From assembly GCF_030028105.1 (NCBI RefSeq), contig NC_092379.1, forward strand, positions 108,614,408 through 108,678,407: a stretch of DNA of 64,000 bases, written 5' to 3'. Below the pieces are notes generated by a model that saw only the letters and a list, made by a program, of their open reading frames with translations, had not been told where the DNA came from and searched no databases. The DNA is from Mobula birostris. Taxonomy: Eukaryota. How positions within the stretch are numbered: the first letter of the stretch is position 1; each line of letters starts with the position of its first letter. Positions 29,201 to 44,200 of the stretch are shown piece by piece. A program made the position numbers and the translations under genes.

Positions 29201-32200
29201 TTGACCTGCACCCAGACCATAGCCCTCCATACACCTCCCAGCCACACATTTCTCTTAAATGTTGAAATTGACCCTGAATCCACAACATGCTCTGTCAGCT
29301 CACACCCTCTGAGTGAAAAAGTTCTCCCTCATGTTCCCTTTGAATATTTCACCTTTCACCTTTAACCCCTGACATCTATCTGTAGCCTCACGCAACTTCA
29401 TTGGAAAATGCCTGCTTGCATTTACCCTATATATAATCCCTCCCTCAATTTGTATGGCTCTATCAAATCTCCCCTCAATTTTCTATGATCTAAGGAATGA
29501 AATCCTAACCTATTCAACCTTTCCCTATAACTCAGGTCCTCAAGTGCAGCAACATCCTTGTAAATTTTCTTGCACTCATGCAATATTTTATATCCTTCCT
29601 GTAGATACATTACATCCTTGCTTTCATATTCCGGACTTCTTAAAATTAGTGCTAACATCTCATTTGCCTTCCTCACCACAGACTCAATCTGCAAATTAAG
29701 CTCTAGGGAATCCTGCATAAGGACTCCCAAGTCCCTTTGCACCTCAGTTTTTTGTGTTTTCTCTCCATTTAGAAAACAGTCAACCCTTTCTTTTACCAAA
29801 GTCCATGACCATACACTTCCCGTCCCTGTATTCCATCTGCCACTTCTTTGCACATTCTCCTAATCTATCTAAATCGTTCTGCAGTCTCTCTACTTCCTGA
29901 AAACTACGTGCCCCTCCACTTATCTTCATATTGTCTGCAAACTTTGCAACAAAGTTATCAATTTCATCATCAAAATCATTGATATGTAACATAAAAAGCA
30001 TTGGTCCCAACACAGACCCCAGTGGAACACCACTGTTCTCCGGCAGCCAACCAAAAAAGGTTCCCTTTATTCCCACTCTTTGCCTCCTGCTAATCAGCCA
30101 CTGTTTCATCCATACCAGAATATTTCTTGTAACTTAATAAGCAGCCGCACATTGAGGCACCTTATCAAAGGCCTTCTGAAAATCCAAGTACACAACATCA
30201 ACCAATTCTCCTTTGTCTGTCCTGCTTATTATTTCTTCAAAGAATTCCAACAGATTTGTCAGGCAAGACTTTGCCTTGAGGAAACCAGGCTGACTCTGGC
30301 TTATTTTATCATGTCCAAGTACCCTGAGACCTCGTCCTTAACAATCAACTCCAGCATCTTCCCAACCACTGAGGTCAGACTAACTGGTCTATAATTTCCT
30401 TTCTGCTGCCTCTCATCCTTCTTAAAGAGTGGAGTGACATTTGCAATTTTCCAGTCTTCTGGAACCGTTCCAGAATCTTGTGATTCTTGAAAGATCATTG
30501 CTAATGCCTGCACAATCTCTTCAGTCACCCCTTTCAGAACCCTGGGGTGTATACCATCAGGTCCAGAGGACTTATCTACCTTCAGACCTTTTTGTTTCCC
30601 AAGAACCTTCTCCCTAGTAATGGTAACTTCACACACTTCATGCCCTCTGACACCTGGAATTTCTCCATACTGCTAGTGTCTTTCACATTGAAGGCCGATA
30701 TAGAATGGCTATGCAATTCATCCATTTCCTTGTCCCCCATTAAGAGCTTTCCAGCATCATTTTCCATTGGTCCAATATCCACTCTTGCCTCTTTTTTTAC
30801 ACGTTATGTATATGAAGAAGTTTTTGGTACCCTCTTCAATATTAGTGGCTAGCTTACTTTCATATTCCATCTTAACTTTCTTAATGACTTTTTTTAGTTG
30901 CCCTCTGTTGGTTTTTCAAAGCTTCCCAATCTTTTAACTTCCCACTAATTTTTGCTCTGTTATATGTCCTCTCTTTGGCCTTTATGTTGGCTTTGACTTC
31001 TCATATTAGCCACGGTTGTTTCATCTTTCTTTTGGAATATTTTTTCCTCTTTGGAACTTTTATATCCTGTGTCTTCCGAATTGCTTCCAGAAATTCCAAC
31101 CATTGCTGCTCTGCCATCATTCCTGCCAGTGTTCTTCTCCAATCAAATTTGGCCAACTCCTCTCTCATGCCTCTATAATTCCCTTTATACTGATAAATTT
31201 AACTTTAGCTTCCCCTTCTCAGATTTCTGGGTCAATTTGATCAGATTATGATCACTTTCCCCTAAGGGTTCTTTTACATTAAGCTCTCTATTCAATTCCA
31301 ATTCATTGCACAACACCCAATCCAAAATAGCTGATCCCCTAGTGGGCTCAACCTCAAGCTGCTTTAAAAAGCCATCTCATGGGCACTCTAGATATTCCTC
31401 TTCTGGAATCTAGCACCAACCTGATTTTCCCCAATCTACCTGAATATCGAAATCCCCCATGACTATTGTAACATTGCCACTTTGGCATGCATTTTTTATC
31501 TCCCATTGTAATTTGCAGACCACATCCTCACTACCATTTGGGGGTCAGTATACAACTCATATCAGGGTCTTTTTACTCTTGCAGTTCCACAGCTCTATCC
31601 ACAATGATTCAACACTTTTCAATCCTATGTCACCTCCTTTTAGCGATTTGATTTCATTTTCTACCAACAGAGCAACTTTTGCATTCCTGCCTGTCCTTTC
31701 AGTATTGTGTATCCTTGGACATTAAGCTTCCAGCTATAACCTTCTTTCAGCCATGATTCAGTAATACCTACAACATCACACATGCCAATCTGTAACTGTG
31801 CTACAAGTTCATCTACCTTATCCAGTATACTGTGTACGTTCAAATATAAAACCTTTAGTCCTGTATTCACACTTTTGATTTTATCCATCTTTTACATTGC
31901 AACTCGTCTTGCTGTCTGCAGTTTTGCTCTATCAACAGTCTCTCCTCACTACATATTGCCTCAGTTTGTAAACGTAGAAACATAGAAACATAGAGAATGG
32001 GTGCAGGAGTAGGCCATTCGGCCCTTTGAGCCTGCACCGCCATTCAGTATGATCATGGCTGATCATCCAACTCAGAACCCTTCCCTCCATACCCCCAATC
32101 CCTTTAGCCACAAGGGCCATATCTAACTCCCTCTTAAATATAGCCAAAGGTGAGGGAGTAGCATTGTTTGTTAGGGAAAATATTACAGCAGTGCTCAGGC

Positions 32201-35200
32201 AGGACAGGTTAGAGGGCTTGTCTACTGAGTCCTTATGGGTGGAGCTGAAAAACAGGAAAGGTATGGCCACATTAGTGGGATTGTATTACAGACCACCCAA
32301 TAGTCAACGAGACTTGGAAGAGCAAATCTGCAGAGAGATAGCAGGCAACTGCAGGAAACATAAAGTTGTGGTGGTAGGGGATTTTAATTTTCCATATATT
32401 GATTGGGACTCCCATACTGTTAGAGGCCTAGATGGTTTAGAGTTTGTAAAATGTGTTCAGGAAAGTTTTCTAAATCAATATATAGAGGGACCACCTAGAG
32501 GGGATGCAATATTGGATCTCCTGTTAGGAAATGAGTTAGGACAAGTGACAGAAGTCTCTATAGGGGAGCACTTTGGTTCCAGTGATCATAACACCATTAG
32601 TTTCAACTTGATCATGGACAAGGATAGATCTGGTCCTAGGGTTGAGGTTCTGAACTGGAAGAAGGCCAAATTTGAAGAAATGAGAAAGGATCTAAAAAGC
32701 GTGGATTGGGACAGGTTGTTCTCTGGCAAAGATGTGATTGGTAGGTGGGAAGCCTTCAAAGGGGAAATTTTGAGAGTGCAGAGTTTGTATGTTCCTGTCA
32801 GGATTAAAGGCAAATTGAATAGGAATAAGGAACCTTGGTTCTCAAGGGATATTGCAACTCTGATAAAGAAGAAGATGGAGTTGTATGAAATGTATAGGAA
32901 ACAGAGAGTAAATCAGGTGCTTGAGGAGTATAAGAAGTGCAAGAAAATACTTAAGAAAGTAATCAGGAGGGCTAAAAGAAGACATGAGGTTGCCTTGGCA
33001 GTCAAAGTGAAGGATAATCCAAAGAGCTTTTACAGGTATATTAAGAGCAAAAGGATTGTAAGGGATAAAATTGGTCCTCTTGAAGATCAGAGTGGTCGGC
33101 TATGTGCGGAACCAAAGGAAATGGGGGAGATCTTAAATAGGTTTTTTGCATCTGTACTTACTAAGGAAACTGGCATGAAGTCTATGGAATTGAGGGAATC
33201 AAGTAGTGAGATCATGGAAACTGTACGGATTGAAAAGGAGGAGGTGCTTGCTGTCTTGAGGAAAATTAAAGTGGATAAATCCCCGGGACCTGACAAAGTC
33301 TTCCCTCGGACCTTGAAGGAGACTAGTGTTGAAATTGCGGGGGCCCTGGCAGAAATATTTAAAATGTCGCTGTCTACGGGTGAGGTGCCGGAGGATTGGA
33401 GAGTGGCTCATGTTGTTCCATTGTTTAAAAAAGAATCAAAAAGTAATCCGGGAAATTATAGGCCGGTGAGTTTAACATCGGTAGTAGGTAAGTTATTGGA
33501 GGGAGTTCTAAGAGACGGAATCTACAAGCATTTGGATAGACAGGGACTTATCAGGGAGAGTCAACATGGCTTTGTGCGTGGTAGGTCATGTTTGACCAAT
33601 CTATTGGAGTTTTTCACGGAGGTTACCAGGAAAGTGGATGAAGGGAAGGCAGTGGATATTGTCTACATGGACTTCAGTAAGGCCTTTGACAAGGTCCCGC
33701 ATGGGAAGTTAGTTAGGAAAATTCAGTCACTAGGTATACATGGAGAGGTGGTAAATTGGATTAGACATTGGCTCAATGGAAGAAGCCAAAGAGCGGTGGT
33801 AGAGAATTGCTTCTCTGAGTGGAGGCCGGTGACTGGTGGTGTGCCACAGGGATCAGTGCTGGGTCCATTGTTATTTGTCACCTATATCAATGATCTGGAT
33901 GATAATGTGGTAAATTGGATCAGCAAATTTGCTGATGATACAAAGATTGGAGGTGTAGTAGACAGTGAGGAAGGTTTTCAGAGCCTGCAGAGGGACTTGG
34001 ACCAGCTGGAAAAATGGGCTGAAAAATAGCAGATGGAGTTTAATACAGACAAGTGTGAGGTATTGCACGTTGGAAGGACAAACCAAGGTAGAACATACAG
34101 GGTTAATGGTAAGGCACGAGGAGTGCAGTAGAACAGAGGGATCTGGGAATACAGATACAAAATTCCCTAAAAGTGGGGTCACAAGTAGATAGGGTCGTAA
34201 AGAGAGCTTTTGGTACATTGGCCTTTATTAATCAAAGTATTGAGTATAAGAGCTGGAATATTATGATGAGGTTGTATAAGGCATTGGTGAGGCCGAATCT
34301 GGAGTATTGTGTTCAGTTTTGGTCACCAAATTACAGGAAGGATATAAATAAGGTTGAAAGAGTGCAGAGAAGGTTTACAAGGATGTTGCCAGGACTTGAG
34401 AAACTCAGTTACAGAGAAAGGTTGATTAGGTTAGGACTTTATTCCCTAGAGCGTAGAAGAATGAGGGGAGATTTGATAGGGGTATATAAAATTATGATGG
34501 GTATAGACAGAGTGAATGCAAGCAGGCTTTTTCCACTGAGGCAAGGGGAGAAAAAAACCAGAGGACATGGGTTAAGGGTGAGGGGGGAAAAGTTTAAAGG
34601 GAACATTGGGGGGGGCTTCTTCACACAGAGAGTGGTGGGAGTATGGAATGAGCTGCCAGATGAGGTGGTAAATGCAGGTTCTTTTTTAACATTTAAGAAT
34701 AAATTGGACAGATACATGGATGGGAGGTGTATGGAGGGATATGGTCTGTGTGCAGGTCAGTGGGACTAGGCAGAAAATGGTTCGGCACAGCCAAGAAGGG
34801 CCAAAAGGTCTGTTTCTGTGCTGTAGTTTCTATGGTTTCTATGGTTTCAATGAACTGGCCTCAACTGTTTCCTGTGGCAGAGAATTCCACAGATTCACCA
34901 CTCTCTGTGTGAAGAAGGTTTTCCTCATCTCGGTCCTAAAAGGCTTCCCGTTTATCCTTAAACTGTGACCCCTCGTTCTGGACTTCCCCAACATCGGGAA
35001 CAATCTTCCTGCATCTAGCCTGTCCAATTCCTTTAGAATTTTATACGTTTCAATAAGATCCCCCATCAATCTTCTAAACTCCAGCGAGTATAAGCCTAGT
35101 CGATCCAGTCTTTCATCATATGAAAGTCCTGCCATCCCAGGAATCAATCCAGTGAACCTTCTTTGTACACCCCCTGTGGCAAGAATGTCTTTCCTCAGAT

Positions 35201-38200
35201 TAGGGGACCGAAACTGCATTCAATACTCCAGGTGTGGTCTTACCAAGGCCTTGTACAACTGCAGTAGTACCTCCCTGCTCCTGTATTCGAATCCTCTTGC
35301 TATGAATGCCAGCATACCATTCGCCTTTTTCACCGCCTGCTGTACCTGCATGCCCACTTTCAATGACCGGTGTATAATGACACCCAGGTTTCGTTGCACC
35401 TCCCCTTTTCCTAATCGGCCACCATTCAGATAATAATCTGTTCTCCTGTTTTTGCCACCAAAGTGGATAACCTCGCATTTATCCACATTAAATTGCATCT
35501 GCCATGAAGTTGCCCACTCACCTAACCTATCCAAGTCACCCTGCATCCTCTTAGCATCCACCTAGCATCTTCCTCACAGCTAACACTGCCACCCAGCTTC
35601 GTGTCATCTGCAAACTTGGAGATGCTGCATGTAATTCCCTCGTCTAAGTCATTAATATATATTGTAAACAACTGGGGTCTCAGCACTGAGCCTTGCGGTA
35701 CCCCACTAGTCACTGCCTGCCATTCTGAAAAGGTCCCGTTTATTCCCACTCTTTGCTTCCTGTCTGCCAACCAATTCTCTATCCATATCAACACCATACC
35801 CCCATTACCATGTGCTTTAAGTTTGCACACTAATCTCCTGTGTTGGACCTTGTCAAAAGCCTTTTGAAAATCCAAATATATCACATCCACTGGTTCTCCC
35901 CTATCCACTCCACTAGTTACATCCTCAAAAAATTCTATGAGATTCGTCAGACATGATTTTCCTTTCACAAATCCATGCTGACTTTGTCTGATGATTTCAC
36001 CGCTTTCCAAATGTGCTGTTATCACATCTTTGATAACTGACTCTAGCATTTTCCCCACCACTGATGTTAGGCTAACCAGTCTATAATTCCCCGGTTTCTC
36101 TCTCCCTCCTTTTTCAAAAAGCGGGGTTATATTAGCCACCCTCCAATTCTCAGGAACCAGTCCAGTAAAACAACCAAGTAGTACACCTATTCAAAGCAGT
36201 ATACCTATTGTTGAGGAGAACAGCCATAGGGATACTCTGTGTTGGCTGTCTATCCCCCTTCTCCGTCCTGACAGTAATCCCAGTTACCTGTGTCCTCTAC
36301 CTTGGGTGTAACTACCTCCCCATAAACTTTTCTATCAAACCCTCAGCCTCCCTAATGGTATGGGGTTCATCCATTTCCAGCTCCAACACTTTAATATGGT
36401 CTGTTAGAAGATGCAGATGGATGCACTTCTTGCAGATGTAGTTATCAGAGACACCGGGGGCCTCCCTGTTTTCCCACATCCCACAGGAGGAGCATTTCAG
36501 ATTCCTGTCTGACATCACAACTGTTCTGGATGTGCAAAAAAAATAAATAATGGGAAAACAATCGACCCATGGCCCACGCCTCTTATTGGGGAAGTTTCGA
36601 TGAGCCAAAGCCTCGACTCCCCACTCACACAATGGCCGCTCCACTTAAACCTAACTTCTTTTTATTGCCCCTTGCCAAGTGCCTAATTATGTACAATCCA
36701 ATATCTCCTTGGGAACTGTGGCAAACAAAATGTGTTGATTGTTCCCTCTCACTTCTTTTCAAATCTCTCTCCTCTATGCAATCCAGTGTCTCCTCGGGAC
36801 TGTGGCGCGCAAAATGGCAAAAAACCTTATCAAGTCATTTCATTATTTTTAAACGGACCTAAATCTTTTTCCAAAATAAATAGGTTCTGCTCCACATTGA
36901 TAACAACAGGGCATCAAAATGCAGATCAGTCAAACGTACATCTTCTTTATATAAATCCTCTTCCAGTCTGCCCCAGAGTACAAAAGAAAATGAAAATTCG
37001 ACACAGAATCTTGAATACAGCCTGATCAAATTTTTGTATAAGAGAACAGTACTTTCAGTATTTAGCTATTCCGACAGTGCACAAGTTTTTTCAAAAGTCT
37101 TGTGAACGATTGTTTCTTTTTCCACTCAGTAGCCTATAGAAGGTGAACTTGACCTACTGTGTACTCTGTTTAACTCCAGACACGTTAATACAATATTCCA
37201 TCAGCCAAAAGATTATGAACTCATTTTAACTATTAGTGGTTTAACTCAAATAATTATTTCCATGTAGGAAAGTACAGCAGCCAACTCCATATTATTCACA
37301 GCTTGGTGCAGAGGAAATACTGCAACGTAGAAAGGATTGTCTTTCAGGTGACATTTCAACTCTGTCCCATTATCCTGTTCAATTGCACAATTTTAAAATG
37401 AGCAACAAAGTTTTCCACTGCCCTATCCAACTTCATTTCCACATACTTTGCCAGAGTTATCTTATCACCAGCTATGGGATTTTACAGTATGCAAATCAAT
37501 TTGTCCCCATAACCTTGACAATATGCCAGTATTAATTTAAATTAATAAAGAGAGGATCTGCAAACCCTGTAATGAAAATACTTCTTTTCCTCTGAATAAA
37601 ATGTTAATTCCTCTATTGAAATTCAGTTTCATTTTCAAAATCTTTTTATTGATACATAATCTTCTACATCTTTAAAATGGTACAAGATTACAGCAAATTG
37701 ATATATATACAATTAATAAAGCTGGAGAAAAAAAACTTATCAAAAAAGAATAATATGATAATGAAAAAAAATACACGTCCACAGGCGGAAGGTGGAGTCC
37801 TATTGAAACTCAAAATGGCTAAAAGTAAAGTTGAACTTTCGAACAAGGCCAGTACTTACTGTCTAGTGTAGAGATGAGGTTATCCATGCTCTTAGCATTA
37901 GCCTTTCTGGCTCTTACTAAGGCCCTCATAACAGGGGATAATCCATAAGTATTTCCTGAAGCAGATTAGAACAATATTTTAAAACACTTCCGATAACATT
38001 AACAGCAGAGTACACTTGAGCATAAAACTTCCGCTTCTGAAGCAGAGCATTTCTTTCACTGGAGCAAACTTGGAAAAAGAAGGTAGATGCCAGAAGTATC
38101 CCCTTAAATGGAGCAAAAATTGAGGAAAGTACAAACCAACTCCAAATCCTTCATACGTCCGCTGATAACCATGCATGCTTAGATACGGTAGTAAAGCACT

Positions 38201-41200
38201 TTCCATTCCAACTATTTGGACATTACAGTCTTAAATTGTAAGCAGAGAATGATTTCAACCCAATAAATGTAGAAGCAGACATCCAGCAAGATTAAGCCTT
38301 TTTAAAATAGATCAAATTCTTCTTTTTGTTTTTAATATATCCTCTGTCCATTCTGTTAACCAACAACTTTTATTACAGTATATTTCATTGGTGTTCCCCA
38401 TTAATACTCCATAATCAGTGACCATGGAGATACTGGTTACATTATCTTTCATACCATTACTTTAACCAGTCTTAAAACCTCATCCAGTCCGGAGAACTCC
38501 GACTACCACCAACACATAGTTCTCTTACCACGCATTGCTTGCTTCTACCTCCTACTCAAAATCCACAAAGTGGATTGCTCAGGTAGGCCTATTGTCTCTG
38601 ACTCCTTCTGCCCACTGAACTCGTGTCCTCATACCTTGATTCCGTCCTATCCCATTGGTTTAGTTCTTTCCACCTATATCTGTGGCACATCTCATGCCCT
38701 TCTTCTCCTCAGTAACTTTCAGTTCCCTGGTCCTGGCTGCCTCATCCTCTCCATAGATGTTCAGTCTCTATGCACTTCTATCCCTCATCAAAAAAGCCTC
38801 AAAGCTCTATGCTTCTTTCTTGACAAGAGAACCAACCAATCCCCCTCCACCATCTGACAGAACTGGTCCTCACCTTCCACAATTTTTCCTTTGGCAAATC
38901 ACGCTTTCTCCAGACCTGAAGGATAGCCATGGGCATTCTCATGGGCCACAGTTATGTCTGCCTCTTTATTGGCTATGTAGAACAATCCATGTTAGAAGCC
39001 TTCCCTGGTTATACTCCCCAACTCTTCCTCCACTAGATTGACAACTGCATTGGCGCTGCTTCATGCACCCATATGGTGCTTGTCAATTTTATCAACTTTG
39101 TCTCCATCTTCTACCCTGCCCTTAAACTCACTTGGTCCAACTCTGACACCTCCTCCCACCCCCTTTCTTGATCTCTCTGTCTCCACCTCAGGAGACAAAC
39201 TGTCAACCGATGTCTTTTATAAATCTACTGATACCCATGGTTATCTTGACTATACCTCTTCCTATCCTATCTCCTGTAAAAATGCTATTCCCTTTTTCAG
39301 TTTCTTTGCCACCACTGCATCTGTTCCCAGGATGTGGCTTTCCATTCCAGGACATCAGATATGTCCTTCTCTTTAAAGAAGGGGTTTCCCTCCCTTCACT
39401 ATTGATGCCGCCCTCATCCACATCTCCTCCATTTCTCATACGTCCACGCTCACCCCATCTTCCTGCCACCTTAATAGTGATAAAGTTCCTCTTGTCCTTA
39501 CCTACCACCCAAACAGCATACATATCCAATACATTATCCTCCGCAACTTCTGCCATCTCCACCATCTCCAAAGGGATCCTGCCACTAAACTTATCTTTAC
39601 CTACCACCTCCACCCACCCCTGACTTTCCACAGGGGTTGCTCTCCCCGCAATTCCCTTGTCCATGTGTCCGTCCCCACTAATCTCCCTCCAGGCACTCAT
39701 CCTTGCAATTGGCCCAAGTGTTCCATACACCTCCTCCACTCAGGGCCCCAGTCAGTCCTTCCAGGTGAGGCAACACTTCACCTGTGAATCTGCTGGGGTC
39801 ATCTATTGTGTCTGGTGCTCCTGATGCAGTCCGTTGTAAAATTGGGAACTGCTCCATCAAGCACCTCCACAGCATCCACCACAAATGGGACTTCCTAGTC
39901 GCCAAACATTTTAATTCCAATTCCATTCTGACGTTTCACTCCACAGCCTCTTCTTGTGCCAAGATGAGGCCACCCTCGGAGTGTAGGAGCAACACCTTAT
40001 AGTCCATTTGAGTAGCCTCAAACCTGATGACATAAATATTCCGGTAATCAAACTCCCCACCCTCCCACCCCCTTTCCTCTATTCCCAACTTTTACCTCTT
40101 CTCACCTGTCTTTTACTCCTCCTTGGGTCACCTCTTCCTTCCCTTTCTCCCATGGTCCATTCTCCTCTCCTATCAGATTCCTCCTTCTCCTACCCCTTGA
40201 CTTTTCTCACCCACCTGACATCAACTTTAAATTAAAATTTCTGAGAGGGTGTTACGAAATGTCTTATCCCAAATGAAAGAAACTTAATCTTCTCTACTAA
40301 TTCTTCATACCCAGACTAGTGTTTATCAGTCACCTATGATCCTTTTCAATTTAAAGGGAAAGATTTATTTAATCAGCACAGATTCCACAAAGTTAAACAT
40401 GACCCTTGAATAGTTCACAACCAACACACACAAGTTAGAGCAGCAATTACTAGTATTGAATTAAATACAGTTTTTGGGGCATATGTCAAGAACTTTAAAG
40501 CACGATTTTTTATTTAAAGTGTGGGGGAAATTAATAGCAGTTAAGTGTCAGGATTCTTAATATTAAACTTTTAAGTAGCGAAAAATTACTGAACATATAT
40601 GAAAAATCAAACCTGATTCTATCCTCTGAAAATCAATGTTACTCTCCGAATCATCGATACAAAGGACAACAGGTGAAGGGTGCTCCTCTGGATTTCTGGA
40701 ACTCCTATCTGCTGCATTGCTTGTTAGGTCATCATCACTGTTGTATGTATTAGTGAGGGCCAGAGGTTTCTTATCCACTACAGGGGACAAATTGACGGCA
40801 CACTGGAGATCTTCCATAGACGATATTTGCACGTCTGCATCTCCAGAATGCGCCTTCTTGGCTAATTTTGTTGATTCTTCACTTGCACTTCTCAGTATCA
40901 CATGCTTTTTAGAGTTCCCTATGGTCTCAGGTTCAATTGTATCAAAATCAGGTGACCTGTTCACCAGGCTCTCTACCTGGCTCTTTAGAGAATTATCAAC
41001 CAACTCCTTTTTTACTGGAACAGTTTCCAAGTCCAATGTCAACACAAAATTTGATGTGGTTTCTTTATTGTCCTTCGGTAAGGGATGACATTCTTTTTGG
41101 ATTTTTTTTGTGCCATGTTCCAAAGGTGCCCTGGTCTCCTGCTTCCAGCTACTGTCAGGAGATACTTGGCTCTCCTTAGAGATGTCATCATTAATCTTTG

Positions 41201-44200
41201 TCGCAGTGGAGTGGGTAATTGAAGCTGTGTCGTACAAGGCTAATTCAGCTGCCAATTTCTTTAGTTTTTCATGCATCTCCTTTCTTGCATCCTCCTTTGG
41301 TGAGAGAATCTTCACTTTTACAGTTTCCTCCACAACATCAACAGATGCATTGTGATTGTTTTTCATGACAGGTAAAGATTCATCTGAACTGCAGCTACTG
41401 GACATCCTTGTGCTTGTAGGTTTTCCAGATTCAATGGATTCTGGAACATTCTTGTCTCGTGCTTGATCGTCACTACTGTAAGTTCTCTGGACAAATGCTT
41501 TGGCTGATTTATCAGTGGATGTATTTGCATCATTTTTTTCCACTTTGATAGTGGTGTTGGTTCTTGAAGAGGGAACTGGAGGCAACTTGCTAGTTTTAGT
41601 CAATTGGGTGACTTTTTCCTCTTCCTCAGAGGAATAAGGACCTGACAATCTTTTGCGAAGTTCCAGTTTTGACGAGTCACTGGTTGGGAGACTTTCCCTG
41701 GACTTTGACTCAGCCTCTGTAAAATGTTTCATTTCAGTCAGGCTGCTTCTATGATCTGGTGATCTAACTTTTCTGAATGGAATTGTGGAAGTAGCACTGT
41801 TTCCTTTATTGGAATCAATTCCTTTTTCCCAAAAATGCTTCAGGTTTTTAAAATGGCTGGGATCAGTGAGTACTTCTTCTTCAGAATGCTTATTACCCAA
41901 GGCACTTATGGTGAAAACAGCACCTGGCTTATGACTTTTCTCTCCCTCATCATCAGAAGAGGACGTCTGATACTGAGCTATTCTGGGAGTAGGTTGCAAG
42001 GCAGCCTTTCCTTGGTCAGTCACCTGAGCAGCTCTGTTCTTACCTGACATAGCTTTACTTGATCGCTTCAGATCTTCAACACATGCATGTGAATTTTCAC
42101 TTGTTGTTTCTAAGGTACTCTTAAGCCTTGGAATTTGTGAGGTTGGTGATAGATCCGGTCTTTCCAATGGTTGATGTGTTTGTTGGTCTTCAGTAGCAAT
42201 GGTTGGAGACGAAACTCGTGGACCTAGTACATTAAAAGAACAAGATCCAATTAATGATAAATCCAGTCACTGCTAAGTAAGGTTACACTGAAATCAACTG
42301 AACTGATGATAAACACAAAACATGCTATCCCAGCTGTGATAAGATGTTAACCCCTGTTGGGTTTATTGTAACATACAACTGTAGCTGTGTTGCGGAACTC
42401 TAGCCTGCTTCTGATCAAAACAGAGTTTCATACCATTTTTGGGTATTTTCTTGAGGGAATAGTCAAGGCACATGAATCTAATTATGTTTATACAACTATT
42501 TTCTTTATACCAAAAGACAAGGCCGGATAGGTATTTCTCAAAATACAACACTTCCACTTTTGATAGGTAGAGGGGAAAAGAGGTCACCACTGCTTCAAAG
42601 CATACAGTGCCTATAAAAAGCATTCAGCCCCCTTAGAAGTTTTCATGTTTTATTGTTTTACATCATTGAATCAAAGTGGATTTAATTTGGCTTTTTTTGA
42701 CACTGATCAACGGAAAGAGACTCCTCTGTGTCAAAGTGAAAACAGATCTCTACTAAGTGATCTAAATTAATTATAAATATAAAACATGAAACAATTGATT
42801 GCGTAAGTATTCATCACACTTTAATATGACACTCCAAATCATCACTGGTGCAGCCAATTGATTTAGAAGTTGTGTAATTAGATAAGTGGAGATCTGTTTT
42901 TGGGGACTTGTGTGCAGTCAAGATGTTTCAACTGAATGTAGTAAAAATACACCTGTATCTGGAAGGTCCAATTGCTGGTGAGTCAGTATCCCGGCAAAAA
43001 CTACACCATGAAGACGAAAGGACACTCCAAGCAACTCCGTGAAAAGCACAAGTTAGGAGATGGATACAAGAAAATTTCCAAATCAGTAAATATCCCTTGG
43101 AGTACAGTTAAGTCAATCATCAAGAAATGGAAAGAATGTGACACAGCTGTAGATCTGCCTAGAGCAGGCCGTCCTCAAAAACTGTGACCGTGCAAGAAGG
43201 GTACTAGTGATGGAGGCTACCAAGAGACCTATGACAACTCTGGAGGAGTTACAAGCTTCAGTGGCTGAGATGGGAGAGACTGTGCATACAACAACTGCTG
43301 CCTGGGTGCTTCACCAGTTGCAACTCTATAGGGGAGTGGCAAAGAGAAAGCCACAAGATTTCCTGAAGGCATGTGGGAGACTCTAAAGTCAGTTGAGGAA
43401 GGTTCTATGGTCTGATGATACCAAAATTGAGCTTTTTGGCTATTAGGCTAACACCACACATCATCAAAAACACACCATCCCTACCGTGTAGCATGGTGGT
43501 GGCTGCATCATGCTGTGGGGATGTTTCACTGCAGCAGGCCCTGGAAGGCTTGTGAAGGTAGAGGGTAAAATGAATGCAGCAAGATAATGGGAAATCCTGG
43601 AGGAGAACCTGATGCAGACAGCAAGAGAACTGTGACTTGGGAGAAGATTTGTTTATCAGCAAGACAGCAACCCCAAGCATAAAGCCAAAGCTACACAGGA
43701 ATGGCTTAAAAATCACAAAGCTAATGTCCTGGAGTGGCCAAGTCAGAGTCCAGACTTCAGTGTCAAAAAAAGCCAAATTAAATCCATTGTGATTCAATGT
43801 TGTAAAACAATAAAACATGAAAACTTATGGGGGGGGGGGGAAATAATTTTTTATAAGCACTGTAAATGAATCAGCCATAAATACTGTGGTTGCCAGAGGA
43901 GGTCAGACACTGAGAATCCTGCAGCAAGTGCCTCAGCACCCATTTTGTCCAAGCCTAACTTTCTCCCCTAGGTTGGATGGGTGCAGTTTCAACAGCTTTC
44001 AGGAAAATTGACACAATCCAGCACAATGCACGCTGCTTGATTGATTTCCCGAAATACTTATCCCCTTCACTACTGTCATATAATCGATGTAAAGTATGCT
44101 CTCTACTATATATATTGCAATTACTATTAGAGTCATAGCCTTTGAGATTCACAGAACAGAAACAGGCCCTTTGGCCCATCTAGTCCATGCTGAAACCATT

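Larger units (their letters stand above)
29120..36665 (-). mobile_element. Old CR1 (outer layer; pieces 29120-31972 and 36165-36665) interrupted by nested CR1s
   Basis: 3'UTR, RT and endonuclease start (VLYLNVHS...VGITESWL) up to about 31970; ORF1 zinc finger CSSCGMW..YICKKC at 36312-36644. Confidence 0.8.

Noticed and set aside
32164-34029. 621-aa ORF as a host or domesticated gene
   Set aside because: It is 5'-truncated CR1 ORF2 with a premature TAG, a downstream frameshift, a tandem tail and a TSD.
40636-41355. Plus-strand ORFs as an antisense gene
   Set aside because: They are shadow frames of the large minus-strand exon, with no splice or motif support.
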